Shown: one piece after another, positions 27,393 to 39,894 of the stretch
How positions within the stretch are numbered: position 1 is the stretch's first letter
How the letters are laid out: each line of letters begins with the position of its first letter
From: Mobula hypostoma
Taxonomy: Eukaryota
DNA length: 64,000 nucleotides
Reading direction: 5' to 3'
Assembly (NCBI RefSeq): GCF_963921235.1
Contig: NC_086097.1
Location: forward strand, 248,870,001-248,934,000
Notes under the pieces: generated by a model
What the model saw: the letters and a program-made list of their open reading frames with translations, nothing else
What the model was told of the DNA's origin: nothing
The model's database searches: none
Translations under genes and position numbers: made by a program

Positions 27393-27744
27393 CATATATA
27401 TCTATATGTGTATTTATTTATTTATGTATGTATGTAAGTGTGCTGGTGATATCAGACCTGATAACCTGACTCTGATTGTGACTAAATGGACACAGCAGTT
27501 TCTCTGAACCATTTCGGAGATGCATTTTAAGAAAAGAGCATATGTGCAGCTTTGCTGTTGTTTGGTGAAGTGCAGTCGTGCATCAGGGCTGGCCAACCGC
27601 CGTGTGAGACCACAGAGCGGGACAGCTCCGGGGAGGTAACGTCACCAAGCTGCAGTGACTCACCAGCTTCATCGTTCTCAGACCCTCTGAAGCTGAAAGC
27701 AGGGTGACCAGGAGTTCATGGGAGGCCAGAATGAGACCGAAGAA

Positions 27745-30420
27745 TATAGAACAGAGAAATCTACAGCAGCTTACAGGCCCTTCGGCCCACAATGTTGTGC
27801 CAACCACATAGCCTGCTCTAGAAACTGCCAAGAATTTCCCTACCACATAGCCCTCTATTTTTCTAAGCTCTAATAGTCTCTTAAAAGACCCAATTGTATT
27901 CGCCTCCACCACCGCGGCCGGCAGTGCATTCCACGCACCCACCACTCTGTGCGAAAAAATTATCTGACATCCCCCTTGTACCTACTTCCAAGCACCTTAA
28001 AACTATGCCCCATCGTGTTAGCCATTTCAGCCCTGGGAATAAAGCCGCTGGTTATCCACATGATCAATGCCTCTCATTGTTTTATACACCTCTATCAGGT
28101 CACCTCTCATCCTTTGCCGCTCCAAGGACAAAAGGCCAAGTTCACTCAGCCTATTCTCATAAGGTATGCTCTCCAATCCAGGCAACATCCTTGTAAGTCT
28201 CCTCTACACTCTCTCTATAGTATCCACATCCTTCCTCTAATGAGGTGACCAGAACTGAACACAGTATCCCAATTGCGGTCTGACCAAGGTCTTATATAGC
28301 TATAACATTATCTCACGGGTCTTGAACTCAGTCCTACGGTTGATGAAGGTCATCACACCACACGCCTTCTTAACGACACTGTCAACCTACACAGCAGCTT
28401 TGAGTGGACACGGACCCCAGGATCTTGCTGATCTTCCACGCTGCCAAGAGCCTTACCATTGATATTATATTCTGTCTTCAAACTTGACCTACCAAAATGA
28501 ACCACTTCACACTTATTTGGGTCAAAGTCCATCTGCCAGTTCTGCATCCTATCAATGTCCTGCTGTAACCTCTGACAACCCTCCAGACTATCCACAACAC
28601 CCCCAACCTTTGTGTCTTCAGCAAATTTGCCAGCCTTCTACTTCTTCATCCTGGTCATTTATAAAAATCACAAAGAGGAGGGGTCCCAGATCAGATATCT
28701 GCGAAACACTGAACACTGGTCATCGACCTCCATGCAGAATATGACCCATCTACAACCACACTTTGCCTTCTGTCGACAAGCCAATTCTGGATCCACAAAG
28801 CAAGGTCTCCTTGGATCCCATGCCTCATTACTTTCTGAATGAGCCTTGCATGGGGAAGTTTATCAAATGCCTTACTGAAATCCATATACACTACATCCAC
28901 TGCTTTTCCTTTATCAATGTGTTTTGTTACATCCTTAAAGAATTCAATCAGGCTCCTAAGGCATGGCCTGTACTTGACAAAGCCATGCTGACTATCCCTA
29001 ATCAGATTATGTCTCTCCAAATGCTCATAAATCCTCCTCTCAGGATCTTCTCCAATGACTTGTCTACCACTGAACTCAGACTCACTGCTCTATAATTTCT
29101 TGGGTTATCTCTACACCATTTCTGGAACAAGGGAGCAACATTTGCAACCCTCCAATCTCCTCCCTCACTTCTCACAGTAGTCTAGGGTATCTCTCTTTCC
29201 GGTTCCAGCAACTTATTTAACTTAATACCTTTCAACAGTTCCAGAACATCCTCTTTCTTAATGTCTATATGCTCAAGTGTTTCAGTCTGCTGTAAGTCAT
29301 CCCCACAATTGTCAAGGTCTTTTTCCCTGGTGAATACTGAAGCGAAGTATTCGTTAAGTACCTCTGCTACCTCCTCCAACTCCATACATATGTTTCCACT
29401 CTCACTCCTGATTGGTCCTCTTCTCACACAGCTCATCCTCTTGTTCTTCACATACTTGTAGAATGCCTTGGGGTTTTCCTTAATCCTGCTTGCCAAAACC
29501 TTCTCATGGCCTCTTCTGGCTCTCCTACCTTCATTTGTAAGCTCCTTCCTGGCACCCTTGTAATTTTCTAGGGCTCTGACAGTACCTAGTTCCTTGAACC
29601 TTTCATAACCTTTCCTTTTCTTCTTAACTGGATTTTCTACACCCTTTGTACTCCATGGTTCTTTAACTCTACCATCCTTTCCCCGCCTCAATGGAACATG
29701 CCTATGCAGAACTCCATGGGAATGCTCCCTGAACATTTGCCACATTTTTGCCGTGCATTTCCCTGAGAACATCTGCTCTCAATTTATGCTCCCAAGTTCC
29801 TGCCTAATAGCATCCTATTTCCTCCTACCCCAATTAAATGTTTTCCCAAATTGTCTGCTCCTATCCCTCTCCATAGGAGATAGAGTTGTGATCACTACCT
29901 CCAAAATGCTCTCCCACTGAGAGATCTGATTCCTGACCAGGTTCATTTCCCAATATCAGATCAAGTACAGCCTCTCCTCTAGTTGGCTTATCTACATATT
30001 GCGTCAGGAAACCTTCCTCAACACACCTAACAAACTCCACCCCATCTAAACCCCTCACTCTAGGGAGATGCCAGTCAATATTAGGAAAGTTAAAATCTCC
30101 CATCACAACAACCCTATTATTATTGCACTGTTCCAGAATCTGCCTCCCTATCTGCTCCTCGATGTCTCTGTTACGATTGGGTGGTCTATAAAAGACACCC
30201 AGTAGAGATATTGCCCCCTTCCTGTTTCTGACTCAGTAGACCCATTCCTCTATGACATCCTTCTTTTCTACAGCTGTGACACTCCCCCTAATTAGCAATG
30301 CCACTCCCCCACCTCTTTTGCCTCCCTCCCTGTTCCTTTTGAAATATCTAAACCCCGGTACATACAGCAGCTATTCCTGCCACTGAGACATCCAACTCTC
30401 AGTAACGGCCACAACGTAGA
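27745..30420 (-). mobile_element. Degenerate CR1 LINE (APE to 3' end)
   Basis: MGDFNFPNIDW, VLNEYFASVFT, YMDFSKAFDKLPH, plus a CR1 3' UTR and tail. Confidence 0.9.
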
Positions 30421-33400
30421 GTCTGTGTTAACCTAACAACAATTCAAATTCATGGAGTGTAGAACACTGCAACATAGTACAGGCCCTTCAGCCCACGAAG
30501 CTGTGCTGACCTCTTAGCCTATTCTGAGATCAATCTAACCCTTCCCTCCCACATGACCCTCCATTTTTCTATCATCCAAGTGCCTATCTAAGAGTGTCTT
30601 AAATGTCCCCAATGTATCTTCCACTCATGGCAGTCCATGTACCCATAACACTTCATAAAAAAACCCACCTCTGACACCCCCACCCCCTTACACTTCCCTC
30701 CAATCAGCTTAAAATTATGCCGCCATTTCCGCCCTGGGAAAAAAGCCTCGGGCTGTCCACTCGATCTCTGCCTCTTCTCACCTTGCACACCTTAACCAAG
30801 TCACCTGTCCTCCAGCAGAAACTGTGTGTGCATCCTGCGAGTCTCTCCTCCAATCATCTCAGAAAATGTCAGACAGATACAGTTGACCGAGCAGGATTAA
30901 CCAAGTCACGTGAATGGATCAAGTGTCAGTCAATTCACTGACTTCACACTCAAGTATTTCATCAAGGCAATTCCTGTAGAACGATGTGGTCCACATGGCA
31001 GATGATCTGTGACGTGGGCCAGTGAGGTTAGTGGGGATCCCGACCGTTTCCCTTTCTTCCCAAGAATAAAATCTCCCTTCTGCCTCCTCTGGCTTCTGGC
31101 CGTCCACTCACTCCTTTTCACTCCTGTTGAAGGTCTCAGCCCAAAACGTGTCGACTGTTTATTCCTCTCCCAAGTGCAAGGGTGGATAAATCCCTGGAGC
31201 TGGATGAGATCATTCCCAGAAAGTCATGGGAAGAAAGGGAGGAGATAGCTGGGGGTCCTCGTGGAGATTTTTTGCATCGTTGTGTAGGATAGTTAATGTT
31301 GTTCCTTTGTTTCAGTAACAACAAGCAGTCCCCTCAGATTCCTCGTAAGTATTTCACCCTTAACCTGTGACTTGGAGTTCAATTCTCACCCAGCCAGAGG
31401 AGAAACAGCCGGCAAGCATTTACCCTTTCTTTCCTCTGTTACGTGCCATGGCGTATGACGTGGGTGATCATGCTCTTCCTATGACCATGATTGTTCTTGG
31501 CATATTTTTCTGCAGAAATGGTTTGCCATTGCCTTCTTCTGGGCAGTGTCTTTACAAGACGGGTGATCCCAGCCTTTATCAATGCTCTTCAGAGATTGTC
31601 AGCCTGGCTTAGGTGGTCACATAACCCAGTGTATACCAGCTGTTCGGACGGCCATCCATCACCTGCTGCCATGGTTTCACGTGACCCTGATCGGGGGGGG
31701 GGGTTGAGAAGGTGCTACACCCTGCCCAAGGGTGACCCACTTACACCTCCTTTGTAAGAGCCATGTCTCCACCCCACCACCAATGATAAACACAAGAGAT
31801 TCTGCAGGTGCTGGAAATCCAGAGCAACACATGCAAAACGCTGGAGGAACTCAGCGGGTCAGGCAGCATCTATGGAAATGAATAAACAGTCAACATTTTG
31901 GACCGAGACGCTTTTTCCGGACTGACGAAGAAGGGGGAAGATGCCAGAATGAAAAGGTGGGGGCAAAGGGAAGGAGAGCAAGCTAGAAGGCGAAGGGGAA
32001 AGCCAGGTGGGTGGGAAGGGTAAAGGGCTGGAGATGAAGGAATCTAATCGGAAAGGAGAGTGGACAGTAGGAGAAAGGGAAGGAGGAGGGGACCCAGGGG
32101 AAGTGATCAGTGGGTGAAAAGAAGTAAGAGGCCAGAATGGGGAATGGAAGAAGAAAGGTGGGGAGGGGGGTACTTTTTAGATACTGCCTAATTTGCTGAC
32201 TTCCTCCAGCAATAGTTATTTCTTATTGTAACTTACAGTATATTTTACACCTGGCACTGTACTGCTGCCACAAAATAATTAATTTCACGGCACAGATGTC
32301 ACCAAGCCCAGTGAGATCAGAGTCAGGCTCATTATTACTGACATACAGTATGGCAGAACATATGTTGTGAAATGACATTAATGCCCCCATGTTTAGTCAA
32401 TATCTGGAGTTTCACAGGGGAGTTTAAAGGACGAGACCACAGTACAGGTCTCCTCCTCCGTCCCTTTCTCCTACTGTCCACTCTCCTCTCCTTTCAGATT
32501 CCTTCCTCTCCAACCCTTTACCTTCCCCACCCACCTGGCTTCACCTATCGCCCTCAGGGTATCCTCCTTCCCCCTCCCTCTACCTTCCTATTATGTCATC
32601 TATCCTCTTCCTTTCCAGTCCTGAAGAAGGGTCTCGACAGAAGCAAGGTCTAGGAAGGATATTTCAAGTTTTAGCTTTATTTATCACACTCGTACAGAGA
32701 AATGTGTCCTTTCATGGAATCGCAGAGCATTTCAGCACGGGAACAGATTTTGGCCCATCTCCCTCCTGGGTATGCACCCCAACCACAGCCTCCCCTACCC
32801 TTCCCATCCATGTTCTTATCCAAATTTCTCTTCAATTACTGTTGAACCCCCATCCACCACCTCCGCTGACCGATTGTTCCACACTCACACCATCCTCTGC
32901 GTGAAGAAGATCCCCCTCAGGTTCCCCTTAAAAGTCTTGCCTTTCATCCTTAACCGAAGACAGCTGTGCTGTATGAGGTCATATATCAGACTATATAATG
33001 AGTCAAACTGAAGCCAGGGAAGTGATGAGTGATGACCCCCCCGCCCCACCCCAAGTTAGATGGTTTGAGGTGACTTACTTTTTATTCTTCATTGGTACGG
33101 CAGGGGGGGCACTGCACAGGATCGAAATAAGCTGCTGAAAGTCGTGAACTCAGTCAGCTCCATCATGGGCACCAGCCTCCCCAGCATCCAGGGTATCTTC
33201 AGGAAGCAATGCCTCAAAAAGGCGGCATCTATCATCGAGCATATGCCCTCTTCTCATTTTTACCGTCAGGGAGGAGGTACAGAAGCCCAAAGGCACACAC
33301 TCAGCGATTCAGGAACAGCTTCTTCCCCTCTGCCATCTGATTTCTGAATGGACATTGAACCCATGAACACACCTCACTACCTTTTCTTTCTCTTTTTGCT

Positions 33401-34239
33401 CTACTTATTTAATTTAACTTTTTTAATACAAGAAGTAAGAAGTTACTTACTGTAATTTACAGTTATTTTTATTAGTTCATAGTTCTTACTTCAGGTTTGA
33501 TTGTCATTCATCTTGGAGTGAAGCCTTGTTGTCGCCTCTGTCGCTGGGTTTCGGTTTGTAGGAGGTATTAGCACTCAAGCCCTGCTGCAGCCGTCAAACA
33601 GCCTTCACTGATCCAAGTTTCGAAAGTACCCTGCTGTTGCAAAATTGTATCAGACTACTTCAAAGCTGCAACTCGAGAGTATTGAGACTGAATGAATGTA
33701 ACAACTGCATTGTTTTGCTAGCATGGACAGGATGGGCCGAGTGCCCTCCTTTCTCAGTGGACACACCCCTTTCCATGAATAGTCCTGAATGAACAAAGAC
33801 AAATGTGAGCACCACCTCACTACAATTTTCACTCTTTTTGCTCTACTTACTTAATTTAACCTTTTATATATACACGTACTTTCTGTAATTCAATTTTTAT
33901 TATATATTGCACTGCACTGTTGACACAAAACAACAAATTTCATCACAAAGAGGCAGAAGAGTGGACAACCGGAGACTTTTCCCCAGGGCAGAAATGGCTA
34001 GCACAAGAGGGCATAGTTTTAGGATGCTTGGAAGTAGGCACGGAGGAGATGTCAGGGGCTACAACTTAAAGGTCTTTGAGGAAAGTATGGGGGGGGGATG
34101 TCAGAGGTAAGTTTTTTACACTGAGTATGCAGATGTGTAGAATGTCCTGCCAGGACAGTGGTAGACACAGATATATCAGGAACATTAGATAGGCACATGG
34201 ATGATAGAGAAACAGAGGGCTATGTAGGAGGAAAACATC

Positions 34240-34800
34240 CGAATCAGGTTTATTATCACTGTCATGTGATGTGAAATTTAACTTAGCAGCAGCAGTTCAA
34301 TGCAATACATAATCCAGCAGAGAGAAAAAAATAATAAATAAATCAGTTACTGTATATGTATATTGAATGGATTAAAAAACATGCAAAAAAGCAGAAATAA
34401 TATATTTTTTAAAAAGTGAGGTAGTGTCCAAGGGTTCAATGTCCATTCAGGAATCAGATGGCAGAGGGGAAGAAGCTGTTCCTGAATCGCTGAGTGTGTG
34501 CCTTCAGGCTTCTGTACCTCCTATCTGATGGTAACAGGAGAAAATGGCATGCCCTGGGTGCTGGAGGTCCTTAATAATGGACGCTGCCTTTCTGAGACAT
34601 CGCTCCCTGAAGATGTCCTGGGTACTTTGCAGGCTAGTACCCAAGATGGGGCTGACTAGATTTCCAACCTTCTGCAGCTTCTTTCGGTCCTGTGCAGTAG
34701 CCCCTCCATACCAGACAGTGATGCAGCCTGTCAGAATGCTCTCCACAGTACAACGATAGAAATTTGTGAGTGTATTTGTTTACATGCCAAATCTCTTCAA
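34240..34800 (-). mobile_element. Rex1/Babar-like LINE 3' fragment (representative; related copies near 7915-8930, 9640-10124, 13910-14290, 33100-33480, 34990-35520, 44300-44820, 47800-48135, 61750-62340)
   Basis: ESILTGCITVWYG...DRKKLQKV...RCLRKAASIIKD...HPGH motif. Confidence 0.75.
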
Positions 34801-36953
34801 ATTAGATTGACCTTAGTGTGGGGCCCAGAGGGGCCTGCACTGTGGTGTAATATTTTATATTCAGTGTTCGAAGATGTAAATAGCCAGATTCATGTGGCGT
34901 AATACCTGCTGCATAGCATCTTAGAAGCTTACGTAGAAAATAGAACATAGAATAGTACAGCATAGTACAGGCCCTTCAGCCCACTAGAATTACTGGAAAC
35001 TCACTGAACAACTACATGCATATGTGATTATATTAAAATTATAAGCAAGCATAGAAAAATTTAACTACAAGAAAAAAAAATATATAATAAATAAATGAAA
35101 TATATAGTACAAAAGGAGCAAAAATAGTGAGGTAGTGTTCATGGGTTCATTGTCCATTCAGAAATCTGGCGGCAGAGGGGAAGAAGCTGTTCCTGAAATG
35201 TTGAGTGTGTGTCTTCAGGCTCCTGTACCTCCTCCCTGATGGTAGCAATGAGAAGAGGGTGTGTCCTGGGTGATGGTGGACACTGCCTTTTTGATGCATC
35301 ACCTTTTGAAAATGTCCTGGATGCTGGGGAGGGTAGTGCCCATGATGGAGATGGCCGAGATTGAACTTTCAGCGGCTTATTTCAGTCCTGTGCAGTGCCC
35401 CCTCACCCCCAGCCCCATACCAGACAGTGATATAATCAGTCAGAATGCTCGCCACGGTACAGCTGTAGAAATTTGTGAGAGTCTTTGGCAAATTACTGAA
35501 TCACCACAAATTCCTAATTACATGCCTTCTTCCTAATTATTGCCCCTTTCAGGGAGAAATTATCCTGTAGTTCCACCCTCTCCTTTGAACTTGTGGGATG
35601 AATTTAATAGAGGGGTGTCAGGGATCAGGGTGACGGGGTTTTCAGGGTAGCTGAAAACCTTTATTTAGTTCACTTGCTAGAGAGGTTGATCTTAGAAGAG
35701 TAAACTATCAAGGTAGTTGGGAAAGAAGTAATTTCCTTTCACGCAGAATGTTGTAATCGTCTGTAGTTTGCTACTGGAACAGACGCAGCGTGAAGGAACC
35801 ACCCCTTCCCGAAAGATCCTTTGATAACTTGAACAGAAATGGCTGTTATACTTGTTTTACAAATACTCCAGAACTCGAGTCCACTCACTCAGAAGCCCAG
35901 CTCGACCGATGAAAAAGATCTTGAAAGTCAATTTATTATCAAAGTGCATACAGTATGTGTCACCGTATGCTACTTGAGATTCATTTTCTTGCAGGCATTT
36001 ACAGGAAAATAATCAGAATTTATGAAAAACTAAACATATGCAACAACTGACAAAGGTCCTAGGGTGAAGCTTGCAGCTCATATGCTGGGTTTATTAGTCA
36101 GACTAGAACCCACTGAACTAAAGTGGAAGTGGTAACAGTCTGGTTATTGTGCTCCTTAATTCAGGACTTAACTCTACCTTTTCACTGTTACTGCCTGAGC
36201 TGCCCTTTCCAGCAACTTTTTTTTGTCTTTCTGATGTCCTGTGTTTAGCCCTTGGCTTCTGCAGTAACATCTGATGTTTGGGATCTGGTTTTAGTTGAAT
36301 TTTTCCATAGTTTCCCTCCGCCGTTTCTTTTCCACTCCTCTCTCCAGAGTGCTGGAAGGCTTCCCCGTGGCGCCAGGTTTCACAATGGATGTTTCTGGTG
36401 CCTAGCAACAGAATGCAGCGAGCTCACTGTGAGGCCTTTGAAAGTTGGCCAAGGGGTCATGGAAGTGGGAGTGGCTGTCAGAACAGGCCCTGGGAGAGGG
36501 GGGCTGGCAGCCCTACCAAGCAGTACTCGAACCTCTGCACGCTCTGTCAGAATCAGGGACAGCTCGGGGGCTGGCTATCCCACTCCCAGACCTGGGACTG
36601 CAGTGTTAATCAGCAGAGAAGCTTTCTCCTTGGACCCAGCTCATCTTTGTAGCTGGGTCTGGGGTACGAACTGGCTGACGGGATGAGTCACTGCGAATGC
36701 TCCACTAATGCTGATAACGTCAGTAATGTGAACTGCAGCATGGAAACCTGGCCCTTTGGCCCATCTAGCCCAAACTAGACTATTGTTGTTAACAAGTCCC
36801 ATCGCCTGCTCCCGGACCAAAGCCCTCCAAACCCCTCCCATCCAAATTCCTCTTAAATGTTGAAATTGAACCCAAATCCACCATGTCTTCTGGCAGTTTG
36901 TGCCACTCTCATCACCCTCTGAGTGAAGACATTACCCCTCAGGTTCCCCTTTA

Positions 36954-37046
36954 CAGACATCCCACCCAGCAAAAACTCATTTCAGGGAGGAAGCACCATC
37001 AATTTGCGGGAGACTCCCGAAACTTCCGGGAGAGGTGGGATGTCTG
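36954..37046. mobile_element. 93-bp MITE with 13-bp TIRs and 6-bp TSD
   Basis: CAGACATCCCACC...GGTGGGATGTCTG flanked by CCTTTA on both sides (36948-36953, 37047-37052). Confidence 0.85.
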
Positions 37047-37328
37047 CCTTTATGTTGTGCATTTAATATTTCAATAATATTTTGAATAATCTTGTGTGTG
37101 TGTGTGTTTGCTTTTGCCTTATCTATACCCTTCACAGTTCCTCAGTGCCCACTCAGCCAGTTGTCGTTCCAGAGAAACAGCGTTCAAACTTATTTCCTCA
37201 CTTAAAAGAAGTCCCAGGGTACGTCACTGGAGAGATAGAAACACAGAAAACCTACAGCACAATACAGGCCCTTCAGCCCACAAAGTTGTGCCGAACATGT
37301 CCCTACCTTAGAAATTACTAGGCTTACC

Positions 37329-38128
37329 AAGAGCCCCACACACCTCACCTGGAAGGACTGAGTCGGCTGGGGTGATATACTGCGTCCGATGCTCCCGATG
37401 CAGCCTTCTATATATTGGCGAGACCCGATGCAGGCTGGGAGACCGCTTTGCTGAACACCTACGCTCTGTCCGCCAGAGAAAGCAGGATCTCCCAGCGGCC
37501 ACACATTTTAATTCCACGTCCCATTCCCATTCTGACATGTCTATCCACGGCCTCCTCTACTGTAAAGATGAAGCCACACTCAGGTTGGAGGAACAACACC
37601 TTATATTCCGTCTGGGTAGCCTCCAACCTGATGGCATGAACATTGACTTCTCTAACTTCGTTTAATGCCCCTCCTCCCCTTCTTACCCCATCCCTTATTT
37701 ATATATTTATTAATTTATTATTTTTTTCCTTTTTTTTCTCTCTCTCTGTCTTTTCTCTCTCTGTCCCTCTCACAATAACTCCTTGCCTGTTCTCCATCTT
37801 CCTCTGGTGCTCCCCTCCCCATCTCTTTCTCCCCAGGCTTCCCATCCCATGATCCTCTCCCATTTCCAGCCTTGTATCCCTTTTGCCAATCAACTTCCCA
37901 GATCTTGGCTCTATCCCTCCCGCTCCTGTCATCTCCTATCATTTCTGATCTCCCCCTCCCCCTCCCACTTTCAAATCTCTTACTATCTCTTCTTTCAGTT
38001 AGACCTGACGAAGGGTCTCGGCCCGAAACGTCGACTGTACCTCTTCCTATAGATGCTGTCTGGCCTGCTGTGTTCACCAGCATTTTGTGTGTGTTGCTTG
38101 TATTTCCAGTATCTGCAGATTTCCTCAT
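37329..38128 (+). mobile_element. Penelope-like element fragment (GIY-YIG endonuclease + pLTR-like 3' region)
   Basis: VIYCVRCSRCSLLYIGETRCRLGDRFAEH...LEEQHLIFRLGSLQPDGMN is a PLE-type GIY-YIG domain. Flanked by a 7-bp TSD GCTTACC (37322-37328, 38129-38135). Confidence 0.88.
38001..38037 (+). ncRNA. Minimal type I hammerhead ribozyme motif (PLE-associated)
   Basis: CUGACGA core, stem II GGGU-CUCG-GCCC, GAAAC, and a GUC cleavage triplet (after 38032). Stem I is agac/gact with one mismatch. Confidence 0.65.
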
Positions 38129-39894
38129 GCTTACCCATAGCCCTCTATTTTACTAAGCTCCATGTACCTATGCAAAAGTCTCTTAAAAGACCCTATTGTA
38201 TCCGCCTCCACCACTGTTGCCGGCAGCCCATTCCACGCACTCACCACTCTCTGAGTAAAAAATTTACCCCTGACATCTCCTCTGTACCTACTCTCCAGCA
38301 CCTTAAATCTGTGTCCTCTTGTAGCAACCATTTCAGCCCTGGGAAAAAGCCTCTGACTATCCACACGATCAATGCCTCTCATCATCTTATACACCTCTAT
38401 CAGGTCACCTCTCATCCTCCGTCGCTCCAAGGAGAAAAGGCCAAGTTCACTCAACCTATTCTCATAAGGCATGCTCCCCAATCCATGCAACATCCTTGTA
38501 AATCTCCTCTGCACCCTTTCTATAGTTTCCACGTCCTTCCTGCAGTGAGGTGACCAGAATTGAGCACAGTACTCCAAGTGGGGTCTGACCAGGGTCCTAT
38601 ATAGCTGCAACATTACCTTTCTGCTCCTAAATTCAATTCCACGATTGATGAAGGCCAATACACCGTACGCTTTCTTAACCACAGAGTCAACCTGCACAGC
38701 TATTTTGAGTGTCCTATGGACTCGGACCCCAAGATCCCTCTGATCCTCCACACTGCCAAGAGTCTTACCATTAATACTATATTCTGCCATCATATTTCAC
38801 CTACCAAAATGTACCACTTCACACTTATCTGGGTTGAACTCCATCTGCCACTTCTCAGCCCAGTTTTGCAATGTCCCGCTGTGACCTCTGACAGCCCTCC
38901 ACACTATCCACAACTCCAACCTTTGTATCATCAGAAAACTTACTAACCCATCCCTCCACTTCCTCATCCAGGTCATTTATAAAAATCATGAAGAGTAAAG
39001 GTCCTAGAACAGATTCCTGAGGCACTGCACTGGTGACCGACCTCCATGCAGAATATGACCCATCTACAACCACTCTTTGCCTTCCGTGGGCAAGCCAGTT
39101 CTCCTAATCCATATTTATCTCTACAATAATAATGCAGAAAGCAAACTATTTCTCTCTTCAATAAAACGCAAATTAATGCATTATCTATGGATGCGAAAAT
39201 GAAACAGCACTGCACATTCTATAGAAGATAGAACATTATAGCACAGTGGAAACCCTTCGACCCACAATGTTAACCTACTCTAAGATCAATCCAACCCTTC
39301 CCTCCCTCATAACCCTCCATTTCTCTATCCGTGTCTAAGAGTCTCTTAAATGCGCATTCCACACACTCACCACTCCCTGTGTGAAAAGACCTACGTCTGA
39401 CAACTCCCTAAACCGTCCTCCAATCATCTTAAGTGATGCCCCCTCATATTAGGCATTTCCACCCTGGGAAAAAGTATCTGACTATCCACTCCATCCTATC
39501 ATCTTGTACACCTCTATCAAGTCAGCTCTCAACCTCCTCCTCTCCAAAGAGGAAAGCCCTAGCTCACTCAACCGACTCTCACAAGATTTACTCTCTAATC
39601 CAGGCAGCATCCTGGTGAAAATCTGCCTGGAGCTGGCTTTGGGTGAGTCAGGTCTTGCCGTCACCGAGCCAGCCAGTGATGTGGTGACGTCAGCACTGGA
39701 CTTTGATGCGAGTGGTTCTGGGTTCAAACCCGGCCATGTTTTCCATCTGCACTGGTTTGAGTGTCGAGCTACCAACTCAGCCTCATACGAAAACAGACAA
39801 ATGCTGAAGCAATGGCAAAGTAAATTCTTACGCTTTGCCGCCCTGATGCGGCACAAGGGAGCAGCAGCAACTTTTCTTCCCCACAACAGTATGC

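Larger units (their letters stand above)
37233..39105 (-). mobile_element. CR1 LINE 3' portion split by a Penelope-like insertion
   Basis: 220-aa ORF 38131-38793 (LVRPHLEYCAQFWSP) and SVLGPLLF/KFSDDTK. The 3' tail lies at 37233-37328. Confidence 0.9.

Noticed and set aside
27540..27640. Possible short signal-peptide exon of col15a1 ending at GAG|GTAAC
   Set aside because: There is no clear acceptor or hydrophobic core, and the open frame gives the wrong phase.
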